The notes under the pieces are model-generated. The model saw nothing but the letters and a program-made list of their open reading frames with translations, was not told the origin of the DNA and ran no database searches. Position numbers and translations under genes: made by a program. Shown one piece after another: positions 9,529 to 18,743 of a stretch of DNA of 64,000 bases (positions are counted from its first letter, which is position 1; the number at the start of each line of letters is the position of its first letter). This DNA is from Synechococcus sp. Its GTDB lineage: Bacteria; Cyanobacteriota; Cyanobacteriia; PCC-6307; Cyanobiaceae. Location of the stretch: positions 136 to 64,135 of the forward strand of contig JBJBDC010000001.1 of the NCBI GenBank assembly GCA_047285535.1, in the 5' to 3' direction.

Positions 9529-12453
9529 ATGCAGCTCTCCGATTCCCAATTCTCCACCCTGATCAATCTGCTTGAGGCAGAGAAACCCTCCAAATTGACA
9601 GCATCTCCCGGTACTGTTTTACAACAGTCGGGAGCTCCCGCTGAAGTTTTGCTTATTACGAACGGTTCTTGTCGTGTTCTTGACCCTCGTCGCCAATTTG
9701 GCAGCCAAACCGTTTTACGCTGCTCTTCCCCATTCCTTTGCGGAGCACTATCTCTCATTGATCAAGCTCCAACTGAGAACATTGTCGCGTCTACAGACTG
9801 TGAACTTATTCCTATCAAGATCGAAACTAGCAATCCATTAATTGTTGACTATATCTATAAAATAATATCCTCATTAGTTTCACCTTCTGAGCTACCTTTT
9901 CTATACCAAATAGCCGTTGATCATCAATTACCTATACCGCAAGATCAAAAAACTGTAGCTGCTTTTTCTAGATGTTGGCGTACTGTAAAGATGCAGGATC
10001 TTGATTTGCCATCAGGAATTCCGTTTATTTATGCAGATAATAAAATTGATGGTTTCCAATATGGTCAGATCATAAATTCAGAAGTTTTGAAAAAATTTTC
10101 TAGTGGCCAGTTGCCTCGCTTGTTCTTATGGTCTGATTCTAGTGTCTTTGATGATTCTAATCTAACATCTAGTAATGATGAAATACCTCAGCCTAAATCA
10201 ACTCAATCTCAATCAAAGTCAAATCTAAAAGTTCTTACATCGTCAGCAACTCAATCTTCTTCTGTTACATTAGAGGAAGATGTATCTTTACTTAAGAAGG
10301 TTCAACAACTAGGATTTGCGCCGCTTTCATCTTCATCCGCAGATTTGGCTTACGAAGCCGTATTGCAAATGATTTGCAAGCATTTTGAATTACCCATCCG
10401 TAGGGATACACTAAAAAAAGCTACTAATTTTTTACTATCTAAAAGTGGTCCTTCTCTGAATAAATTTGTTGATATTTTTGATCGCTTTAACCTCATTGCC
10501 CGTGTCGCAACTTTTCGCACAGACAACTACTCCCGTGTTCCAACACCATCTGTTGCATTTGATAGAGAAAATTGTCCCTTATTAATTGTTGATAGTAGTG
10601 TCAAGGGTCTTACCTGTATTCATCCTCTTTCTGGAGTTCAAAGGCTTGATGTTTCGTCCCTCTCTTTAAATGAAGACAGTTCCTTTAGCTTGGTCACTAT
10701 TTCTCTAGGAGCTTCTACTCCTAGAGCACGTTTTGGCTTTAGTTGGCTTCTCCCGTACTTAAGTTTTTATAAAGTTCAATTTGTTGAAGTCTTCATTGCT
10801 AGCTTTATTACACAATTATTTGCACTTGCGACGCCTCTTCTATTCCAGCAAATTATTGATCGTGTTATAGGTCAGGGATCTTCAAGTTCTTTAGGTGGTT
10901 TTGCTGTATTAATGATTATATTTATGGTTTTAGAACTGTCATTCAGTACTCTGAGGACATTTCAATTTATGGAAATATCTAATAGAATTGATATCAGTAT
11001 TGGCTCTTCTATTATTTCACGACTGCTACGTCTTAATTCAAGATTTTTCGAGCGCAGGCCTGTTGGTGAGCTTTCTAGTCGATTAAATGAGCTGGACCGA
11101 GTTCGTAGCTTTATTACTGGTACAGCTTTAACTGTTGTTTTAGATGCATTTTTTTCCTTGTTATACTTTGGAGTGATGTTTTTCTATTCTCCATTGCTCG
11201 CAGGCATTATTCTTGGAAGTATTCCTGTTTTGCTGGTGATCATTCTTGGACTTACTCCAATCAAGCAAAAGTTGATCCGTCAGCGTGCCGAAGCGCATGC
11301 AAAAACTAATTCTTATTTAGTAGAAGTGCTCAATGGTATTCAAACTATTAAGTTGCAGAATAGTGAATTGACTGCTCGTAGAAAATGGGAGGATCGACAT
11401 CTAGACGATATTAATAAGGGTTTTAGAACAGTGGTTGCTAACACCGCGAGTGGAAATGCGCTCCAGCTGATTAATAAGACAACCAATATTTTAGTGATTA
11501 CAGTTGGAGCCTGGTTGGTTTTGGAAAATCACCTGACGCTTGGAGAATTGATTGCTTTTAGAATTATCAGCGGTTATGTGACTCAACCAATTCTACGACT
11601 TGCTAGTACATGGAATAACTTCCAGGAAGTTTCATTGTCAGTTGAACGCTTGGGTGACGTTGTTAATCAACCCCTCGAAGTATCTGATTATGAGGAATCT
11701 AATATCGACATGCCATCTATTCAGGGACATGTAAAATTCGATCAGGTAACATTTGGTTATAGCTCTTCGGCTCCCCCTCAACTTGCTGGAGTCTCGCTTG
11801 ATATCTCCCCTGGTACTTTTGTTGGCATTGTCGGTCAGAGTGGTTGTGGTAAAAGTACTTTATTAAAGCTTATACCTAGGCTTTATACACCTAATGCCGG
11901 CAAGATCTTCGTTGATAGTTATGATGTATCTAAGGTAGATCTTTATTCTTTGCGCAGGCAGTTGGGCTATGTTCCGCAGGATTGTTTGCTTTTTGAAGGT
12001 TCAATATATGACAACATTGCCGTTGCGGATCCAGAAGCCGAAACTCAAGATGTCATTAAAGCTGCACAACTTGCTTGCGCTCATGATTTTATTATGACCT
12101 TACAGTATGGATACAGTACCCCCCTTGGAGAAAAGGGTTCTGGCCTTTCTGGCGGCCAGCGTCAAAGAATTTCTTTAGCGAGAATGTTGCTTCAGAGTCC
12201 TGAACTAATTATTCTTGATGAAGCAACCAGCGCATTAGATGTCGATACCGAGCAGCAAGTCTTATCAAATTTGAGAACACATCTAAAAGGAAGGACAGTT
12301 ATTGCTATTACTCACAGATTATCTTCTCTCATAGCAGCCGACCAAATTGTAATGATGCATGAGGGCCGTATAGATTCTAAGGGTTCTCATCTGGAATTGA
12401 TGGAACTTTCTGGACGTTACTACGCTATGTTTAGACAACAAATGGGAGAATGA
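9529..12453 (+). CDS. Type I secretion ABC transporter (HlyB family) with degenerate cNMP-binding-like and C39-like N-terminal domains
   Basis: ABC membrane domain (LATPLLFQQIIDRV), Walker A GQSGCGKST, signature LSGGQRQR, Walker B ILDEAT. Confidence 0.92.
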   Translation: MQLSDSQFSTLINLLEAEKPSKLTASPGTVLQQSGAPAEVLLITNGSCRVLDPRRQFGSQTVLRCSSPFLCGALSLIDQAPTENIVASTDCELIPIKIETSNPLIVDYIYKIISSLVSPSELPFLYQIAVDHQLPIPQDQKTVAAFSRCWRTVKMQDLDLPSGIPFIYADNKIDGFQYGQIINSEVLKKFSSGQLPRLFLWSDSSVFDDSNLTSSNDEIPQPKSTQSQSKSNLKVLTSSATQSSSVTLEEDVSLLKKVQQLGFAPLSSSSADLAYEAVLQMICKHFELPIRRDTLKKATNFLLSKSGPSLNKFVDIFDRFNLIARVATFRTDNYSRVPTPSVAFDRENCPLLIVDSSVKGLTCIHPLSGVQRLDVSSLSLNEDSSFSLVTISLGASTPRARFGFSWLLPYLSFYKVQFVEVFIASFITQLFALATPLLFQQIIDRVIGQGSSSSLGGFAVLMIIFMVLELSFSTLRTFQFMEISNRIDISIGSSIISRLLRLNSRFFERRPVGELSSRLNELDRVRSFITGTALTVVLDAFFSLLYFGVMFFYSPLLAGIILGSIPVLLVIILGLTPIKQKLIRQRAEAHAKTNSYLVEVLNGIQTIKLQNSELTARRKWEDRHLDDINKGFRTVVANTASGNALQLINKTTNILVITVGAWLVLENHLTLGELIAFRIISGYVTQPILRLASTWNNFQEVSLSVERLGDVVNQPLEVSDYEESNIDMPSIQGHVKFDQVTFGYSSSAPPQLAGVSLDISPGTFVGIVGQSGCGKSTLLKLIPRLYTPNAGKIFVDSYDVSKVDLYSLRRQLGYVPQDCLLFEGSIYDNIAVADPEAETQDVIKAAQLACAHDFIMTLQYGYSTPLGEKGSGLSGGQRQRISLARMLLQSPELIILDEATSALDVDTEQQVLSNLRTHLKGRTVIAITHRLSSLIAADQIVMMHEGRIDSKGSHLELMELSGRYYAMFRQQMGE

Positions 12454-12457
12454 TGTT

Positions 12458-13588
12458 ATGAAAATACCTTTCCTTAGTCGTCTTTCCAGTCCTTCTCAAG
12501 ATAATTCGGACAAGAAGTCTGATTCATTAGCACAAGAGGAAATGCAGAAACTTCTCCTCTCCCCACCTCCTATTTGGTCTCGGGTTTTGATATGGAGCTT
12601 GAGCCTTGGCTCCTTCAGTCTCATCGTTTGGGCTTCTTTTACTACGATTGAGGAGACAGCGATTCTTCCAGGCCAACTAATTACTTTAAAATCTGAAATT
12701 AAATTAATTAGTCCTGAGTCTGCTATTGTCTCCAAGGTTAATGTCTCTCAACATGACAAAGTTAATAAAGGGCAAACTATATACGAATTAAGCCGAGCCG
12801 ATTTTGAGCCGAGAATTCTTAATCTTCAGCGTAAGCTTGAACTCCTCTCTAATAAGTATAATCAGCAGCAAAACTCTTTTAAAATACGAATTTCTCAACT
12901 CGATTCTCAAGTAACTCTTAATCGCTCTATACTTGAGCGGTTGAAGAGTCTCCTAGCAGTAGGTTCAATTCAAGAAGTTCAAATTCTTGAGAAACAGAAT
13001 GAACTTTTCCAGGCAGAGCAGCAGCTTCAAAATTTGTATTCTGAACGTGACCAATCGACAACCTCCTATCGCCTGGAGAGAAATGATGTTTCTAACCAAC
13101 TTGCTGAATTAAAAGGTCGTACTAAGCACTTTAATATTCTTTCGCCATCAAAGGGATTTATGCAATCTCTCGGTGTTCAGGTTAAGGGAGAGCGTGTGCA
13201 AGCTGGAGATTTATTAGCAACTATCGTTCCGCAAGAAAATTTAGTTGCACGTGTTCAGGTTTCTTCAAGACTATCAGCTCCTATTACTCCGGGGAAGGAA
13301 GCTGCCATCACCGTCGACGCATTCCCTGCTAACGACTTTGGTACTCTTACAGGCACCGTAAGTACTATCTCACCCACAACTTCTCAGCCAGATTCAGCGA
13401 CTCAATCTCCTGCATATGTGGCTAGAATTACCATCAATCCATCAGGAATCCCTGAAGGTTATCCAGCTAATGATCTCCGCTCTGGTATGGGTGTTTCGGC
13501 ACGTGTTGTTTTAGAAAACAAACCGATCATTAGCATTGTCTTTAATTTCGTCACAGACCTTTTCAAACCTATGTCTGAAAAAAAGTAG
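12458..13588 (+). CDS. HlyD-family type I secretion membrane fusion protein
   Basis: N-terminal TM helix, coiled coil, ILSPSKG...GDLLATIVP, VDAFP..DFG.L.G.V..ISP, LRSGM motifs. Confidence 0.9.
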   Translation: MKIPFLSRLSSPSQDNSDKKSDSLAQEEMQKLLLSPPPIWSRVLIWSLSLGSFSLIVWASFTTIEETAILPGQLITLKSEIKLISPESAIVSKVNVSQHDKVNKGQTIYELSRADFEPRILNLQRKLELLSNKYNQQQNSFKIRISQLDSQVTLNRSILERLKSLLAVGSIQEVQILEKQNELFQAEQQLQNLYSERDQSTTSYRLERNDVSNQLAELKGRTKHFNILSPSKGFMQSLGVQVKGERVQAGDLLATIVPQENLVARVQVSSRLSAPITPGKEAAITVDAFPANDFGTLTGTVSTISPTTSQPDSATQSPAYVARITINPSGIPEGYPANDLRSGMGVSARVVLENKPIISIVFNFVTDLFKPMSEKK

Positions 13589-13597
13589 TATCTGAAC

Positions 13598-14368
13598 TTA
13601 GCAGCTTATTTTCTCGATTTCACTGGTTAATCTATATCCTTCTGACCTGATATGAGTAATAGAATCTTCATCACCCCCTGCTTCTTTGAGCTTCTTTCTT
13701 AATTTTGATATCCGCATGTCAATCGTTCTGCTTGTTTTTGAATCTTTTTTACAACCAATCATAACCCCAATTTCTTCTTTTCTTAGGGGAATTCCTTTTG
13801 ATAAGCAAAATGCTTGTAGCAAATCGGTTTCTCCTTCTGTGAGTTTTATGATGTGATCATTTTTTTCTAGTGTTTGCGTTTCTGGATTAAATATGATTTC
13901 ACTCAGATTATAAGAGTGTAATCTTTTTGTGCTCGTGAGTTCCTTTTTTAGTGAATGTACCGCTCTTCTTGACCTTGTGTGGATTTCTAGGTTGGTGAAA
14001 GGGCATTGAATGATATCACTTGCTCCTTCGAGGATGCATTCCATTGCATTCTGGATATCTTCCTTTTTGCTAATTCCTATGATGGCATATTTATGTCCTA
14101 ATCTTGTTAATTCTCTAGTAAGCTGTCTTCCATACGTCGCTATGACATCACTACACATGAACAGAATATCTGGTTTTAATGTGTTCACTAAATTTTCAAA
14201 GTACTCTAGATCTTGAATTGTTAATGCGTGCCAGTTCGCTGATTCGCACATTCCTTTGACTTGATTCACTTCTATATGCTCTTTACCAAGTATCCATGCT
14301 TTTGTACAATATCCGCTATTTAAGTCAGTCTGATCCCCTTCTTGCATTTTTAATTTAATTTGTTTCAT
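13598..14368 (-). CDS. OmpR-family response regulator with a degenerate (pseudo-)receiver domain
   Basis: wHTH motifs LTEGETDLL, SRTIDMRISKLRKKL, IRSEGYRL. Receiver-like N-terminus lacks the canonical Asp and Lys. Confidence 0.8.
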   Translation of the reverse strand: MKQIKLKMQEGDQTDLNSGYCTKAWILGKEHIEVNQVKGMCESANWHALTIQDLEYFENLVNTLKPDILFMCSDVIATYGRQLTRELTRLGHKYAIIGISKKEDIQNAMECILEGASDIIQCPFTNLEIHTRSRRAVHSLKKELTSTKRLHSYNLSEIIFNPETQTLEKNDHIIKLTEGETDLLQAFCLSKGIPLRKEEIGVMIGCKKDSKTSRTIDMRISKLRKKLKEAGGDEDSITHIRSEGYRLTSEIEKISC

Positions 14369-15016
14369 TTTCCCTCCTTGTGAAATTTTGTTCGATTCAA
14401 TTTGTTGCCTTGTTTTTGGCCTGCCGGGATACTTTTGATGCCATTTGCTGCGTTATTGGTGGTTGTTGTCAGTTCTATATTTTGTTTGCATCCAGGATTT
14501 GTCGACCTTTTTTCTATTGGATTGGTGACATTACTTTGTTGCCCTAATATATTTCCTGTTGATTTCTGTCTTGCTGGATTCCTCCTTAGGATTGGGCGAT
14601 AGGTATAACAAAGTGCCACAATTCATGCTCCTTGATGTCTGTTGGTAATGAGAGTTGTAGTTCTCCCTCATTTCAACCATATGTTTGCGGATATCTTCGA
14701 GTTCGATTTGCGTGTTTTTAACCGTAATTCAAACAGTTCAATCGTTTTGCGTACTATTCCGTGTCATTCTTCGAACGTATTGTGTACAGTCATTTCGTAT
14801 TCCGAACATCTTGTCTGTTGATGTTTTGTCCTTTTTGTCTATTCCATTGTTCTGCTGACTCATGCCGTTTTTTTGCCTGTATTAAGATCTCTTCTTTTTC
14901 TACCTTTTTGGCTTTATCGAATCTCTTGGTTCTGTACTAAGGTTTGAGTACATTCATCCCTTGGTTTTTCTTCCATTTCTTCGTTCACATGCTGGTTATG
15001 ATGTTTAATACCACTA

Positions 15017-15958
15017 TTGTTTCTGGAGATTGCACTTGTGACTTTTCAGGTCAATAGGGATCTGGAGCCTTGGGTTCAATCCTATCGACTTCGTATTGAC
15101 CAGCGTGACGGCGCATCTCCTCCTTCTTTAACTGGTTCCCATTATCATGGAAAATATATATCTATCCTGAAACTAGAGGCCAGCTTTGCTTCACGGATAT
15201 TAGCTTATAATCCTGAAGATACCTTCACCTTTTGCATTGCAAGTTCTGGTTTCTTTCGTGGAGTATCAGGCGATCGTGATATTTCAATGTCTCCTAAACG
15301 CTGTGCATTTGTCTTACTGCCAGGTGAATGTTTGAAGATTGTTCCTGCTGCTGAGAAGCTTAGTGGTTATATATTTAATTTATCTGCTTCTTATTTAGAG
15401 TCTGAGGCCGTAAAGCATGGGACATTATTGCCCAGTCTACTTACCTTAAAGGACTCAATTCCTGGTCATGAGCAGTTGATCCTTGCCTGTAGTCATCAAC
15501 TTCTTAAGTTCTCTTCTATCAGTGAGGACATGTCAAGCATGCTTGTGTTGGAACCGCTTGAGAATTCCATCGTGTCACTTTTAGCGACACTGGTTGGCCT
15601 TCCTTCTGATTACCTTCCTAAAACAACAGCAGATCCACCTCAGCAATCTCATGTAGATGTTGCACTTGCATATATGGAATCAAACATTACTGGAGATATC
15701 ACTCTTAAGGATTTGTGTTTAGAAGCTAATGTTTCATCGCGAACACTTCAGCTTTCTTTCCAGTCAGTGATGGGTAAGACACCCTTGCAGGTGCTGCAAG
15801 AACTACGCTTGAACCGATTGCATGATCTTATTCTTCATGGAATGGAAGTGGGTAGGGCTTGCGAGCATGTAGGTTTGAGGCATTGTGGACGTATATCTGC
15901 TAAATATAAGTCTTTGTTTGGTGAATTACCTCGTCACACTCGTGCTCGCCGAATTTAA
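15017..15958 (+). CDS. AraC-family transcriptional regulator (start could be GTG at 15038)
   Basis: C-terminal double HTH: ITLKDLC...VSSRTLQLSF...GKTP...LRL...GL.H.GR.S..YK.LFGELP. Confidence 0.88.
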   Translation: MFLEIALVTFQVNRDLEPWVQSYRLRIDQRDGASPPSLTGSHYHGKYISILKLEASFASRILAYNPEDTFTFCIASSGFFRGVSGDRDISMSPKRCAFVLLPGECLKIVPAAEKLSGYIFNLSASYLESEAVKHGTLLPSLLTLKDSIPGHEQLILACSHQLLKFSSISEDMSSMLVLEPLENSIVSLLATLVGLPSDYLPKTTADPPQQSHVDVALAYMESNITGDITLKDLCLEANVSSRTLQLSFQSVMGKTPLQVLQELRLNRLHDLILHGMEVGRACEHVGLRHCGRISAKYKSLFGELPRHTRARRI

Positions 15959-16803
15959 TTGCTACATATACCTGGTTTCAGGTTTTAGTCTTACGGGTAG
16001 TAATTGCTGCCTTTAGGCTTTTTCTTTGTTTGTTCGTAATTCCTTTTTGTTATTGTTAGTTCTCTTATCCTTTCCGTTCTCTTCGTTTCTTTTTTCATTT
16101 CCTTTGATGAGCCGAGCTTGGTTTTTAGCTGAAACTTATTGTTGAGTTTTTTGTCTGTCGTGCTTTGTTATGTTGATGTTTTGAGTCGCCTTGAATACTT
16201 TTTTTGGCGACTTTTCTTGATTGATTTCTGCCATACCACTCGTCTTTTACTGCAGGTTTCTTCCAGGCTTTAGTTCCATGTCTACTTCCTCTGTACATCC
16301 TTTTTCATAGTCTGCCCTTCCTGTTCGCCGTTAAGATCTCCACACTCATTTGTTAGGCTTTGTTCCGCTTCATTGCTATAACTGTTTTTCGTTTTAGTCT
16401 TTGGTTCCTTTTTTGTGGCCAGCTTTTGTTCTTTGCTTCAAGGCGTAACCTCAAATGTAGGCCATTGAATTCCAGATCCTTTTTCAGGTTCAGTTCGTTC
16501 ACCTTCGTTTCAACAAGTCCTGCAATTTTAGTTTTTTTGAGCTGTCGATACTTTTGTATTGCACTGCTTCGCTGATTGCGTTTCTCTTCAATTCATGATG
16601 TTCCTACCTGTGATTGCCTTGCTTTTAGAGCTTCCCTGTATCCAACTTGATTGGTATTGATTACATCTCAATTGATAGGCGCTTGATGATTTGATCTCTA
16701 TACCCTGTTCTTTTTCTTACCGACTGTTGAGGATTGGTTTTCTCTGCGGTTTCTTGATTGGACCACTCATTCATGCCGTGGTGACCAGTCTTCAACTTTT
16801 GGA

Positions 16804-16885
16804 TGGGAGCGGCGGGACTTGAACCCGCATGCCCGAAGGCGCTCGATTTTGAGTCGAGTCCGTCTACCAATTCCGGCACGCTCCC
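16804..16885 (-). tRNA. tRNA-Leu (CAA)
   Basis: GGGAGCG acceptor stem, D-loop GGAATTGGTAGAC, anticodon loop CT-CAA-AA, long variable arm, GGTTCAAGTCC. Confidence 0.96.
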
Positions 16886-16924
16886 ATCCCTTGATCTTAT
16901 CCGACCTCCTGACCGTCAGACCCT

Positions 16925-18223
16925 TCAGGATGTGCGCCTCGTGAGTTTGGCTCCAGCAAGTCCTAGCTTGGTCTCGATATCGGCATAACCGCGATCGAGA
17001 TGTTCTAGACCGCTGACTTGGGACTTCCCATTCGCTACCAGTGCTGCCAAAACCATCGCCGCTGAAGCTCTGAGATCTGTACCGTTTACTGGAGCTCCGC
17101 TGAGCATTGGCACGCCTTCCACTACAGCGGTGTTGCTTTGCACTCTGATCGAGGCACCCATGCGCTGAAGTTCGGCAACATGTTGCATGCGGTTTTCATA
17201 GATCTTTTCTGTGATCAGGCTTGTTCCTTTGGCTGTGGCAAGCAAGGCCATGAACGGTGCTTGAAGATCGGTTGGAAAACCTGGGAAAGGTTGAGTTGTG
17301 ATGTCGATTCCACGGATTTCTCCCGGAGTGATCGTGATTCCTTCGTGGTCGATTTCGAGCTTGCAGCCACAATCACGCAGCTTTTGAAGAACGACACTTA
17401 GATGATCAGGAATCACTGGAGTCACCCTCAATTTTGAGCGGGTGATTGCAGCAGCTAGAAGGAACGTTCCTGCTTCAATCCGATCTGGAATCACGGTGTA
17501 ATCGCAACCCTTTAATTGATCAACACCTTCAACCGTGATGGTGGGGCCGCCTGCGCCAGTGATTTTGGCACCCATTTTATTCAGCATGTTGGCAAGATCT
17601 TGAATCTCTGGTTCCTGTGCTGCGTTGGAGATTACGCTTGTCCCCTGAGCCAGAGCGGCAGCCATGAGGATTGTTTCTGTGGCTCCAACACTGGGGCAAT
17701 CGAAGACGATGGATGTTCCTTTTAGGCGTTGTTGTCGGCCTGGAATAGAGGCGGAGATGACGCCATGTTCCACATTAACGACAGCTCCCAACGCTTTCAG
17801 GCCGCGAATATGTTCCACAACTGGCCGTGCACCAATTCTGCATCCACCTGGTAGAGGTACGCGTGCATATCCCATTCGGGCCAGTAGGGGGCCTATCGCA
17901 AAAAAACTGGCTCGAAGTCCATTCACTAATTCATAGGGAGGCTCGGCCCCTGACATCTGGTTGGCATGGAGATCGACAACTTCACCGTTGCGCTGAACAT
18001 CCACTCCCAGGGACTTCAGGATGTCCGACATGCCACCTATGTCGGTCAGAGGAGGGACGTTCCTGAGAGTTAGACGTTCCTTGGTGAGGAGTGAGGCAGT
18101 CATCAGCACGAGAGCTGAATTTTTAGCTCCGCTCACTCGAAGTTCTCCTCGGAGACTATTGCCTCCATCAATCTCGAGGTGCGGCTTGAGAGTGTCTTGA
18201 GACGCTAGAGCCGCAGCCTTCAT
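16925..18223 (-). CDS. murA: UDP-N-acetylglucosamine 1-carboxyvinyltransferase (start uncertain)
   Basis: SGAKNSAL, PLPGGCRIGARP, PFPGFPTDLQ, TDLRA motifs. Confidence 0.97.
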   Translation of the reverse strand: MKAAALASQDTLKPHLEIDGGNSLRGELRVSGAKNSALVLMTASLLTKERLTLRNVPPLTDIGGMSDILKSLGVDVQRNGEVVDLHANQMSGAEPPYELVNGLRASFFAIGPLLARMGYARVPLPGGCRIGARPVVEHIRGLKALGAVVNVEHGVISASIPGRQQRLKGTSIVFDCPSVGATETILMAAALAQGTSVISNAAQEPEIQDLANMLNKMGAKITGAGGPTITVEGVDQLKGCDYTVIPDRIEAGTFLLAAAITRSKLRVTPVIPDHLSVVLQKLRDCGCKLEIDHEGITITPGEIRGIDITTQPFPGFPTDLQAPFMALLATAKGTSLITEKIYENRMQHVAELQRMGASIRVQSNTAVVEGVPMLSGAPVNGTDLRASAAMVLAALVANGKSQVSGLEHLDRGYADIETKLGLAGAKLTRRTS

Positions 18224-18375
18224 GCCCGTGGTGCCTAAAATCTCCCCCATTTTCACCAAGAAGCATGAGACCGTCTAGACGGCCGGCGGTCAAACTGGTT
18301 CCGTTGTGTTCAGATCCTGTCTAGGGCTTGTAGGCATGATGTCGTAAAATCATTTAAGTCACTTTTGTGACGCCA

Positions 18376-18457
18376 GCGGTTGTGGCGGAATTGGTAGACG
18401 CGCATGTTTCAGGTACATGTGTCTTCGGACGTGGGAGTTCAAGTCTCCCTAACCGCA
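18376..18457 (+). tRNA. tRNA-Leu (CAG)
   Basis: GCGGTTG...TAACCGCA acceptor stem, anticodon arm CATGT-TTCAGGT-ACATG, long variable arm, GTTCAAG T-loop. Confidence 0.96.
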
Positions 18458-18490
18458 TATTCTGGTTGAGTCAGGGCTAGACATTCCTTC

Positions 18491-18739
18491 ATGATTGTGC
18501 TCAAGATCTCCAACTCCTCGGAAGTAGTGGCTTCCAAAGTTGGTAAGTTCCTCGAATTTCTTACTCCGGATTCCGTTGATCAATCAGCGGTAGAAGATCA
18601 AGTGATTAAAAAATTGATTGAAAACTTAGCGGCTGAAGGGATTAAAGGTGAGATTGCTGCCGTTCAAGGTTTAGATATCAATGGCCAGGATCTCAAACTT
18701 CAAAAAGGTTTAAAGGTTCGTAAGCACTCAAGCTTCTGA
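18491..18739 (+). CDS. Small hypothetical protein (82 aa)
   Basis: Clean ORF between tRNA-Leu and the methyltransferase, in operon-like spacing. Confidence 0.75.
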   Translation: MIVLKISNSSEVVASKVGKFLEFLTPDSVDQSAVEDQVIKKLIENLAAEGIKGEIAAVQGLDINGQDLKLQKGLKVRKHSSF

Positions 18740-18743
18740 CTTC

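Larger units (their letters stand above)
1..16803. mobile_element. Right-hand part of a genomic island (cell-surface/T1SS island) ending at the 3' end of tRNA-Leu(CAA); left boundary outside the window
   Basis: Visibly AT-richer than the core genes after 16900, only accessory genes, and abuts a tRNA 3' end. No integrase or att duplicate in the window. Confidence 0.6.

Noticed and set aside
9529..13588. Bacteriocin/RiPP exporter
   Set aside because: The C39-like domain lacks the catalytic Cys, and no double-glycine or Nif11 precursor is seen nearby.
14365..16575. Short ORFs 14365..14619, 14402..14602 and 16360..16575
   Set aside because: Phe/Leu- or Lys/Asn-rich by-products of T-skewed DNA; no motifs.
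16661..16988. ORFs 16661..16879 and 16803..16988
   Set aside because: They overlap tRNA-Leu(CAA); spurious.
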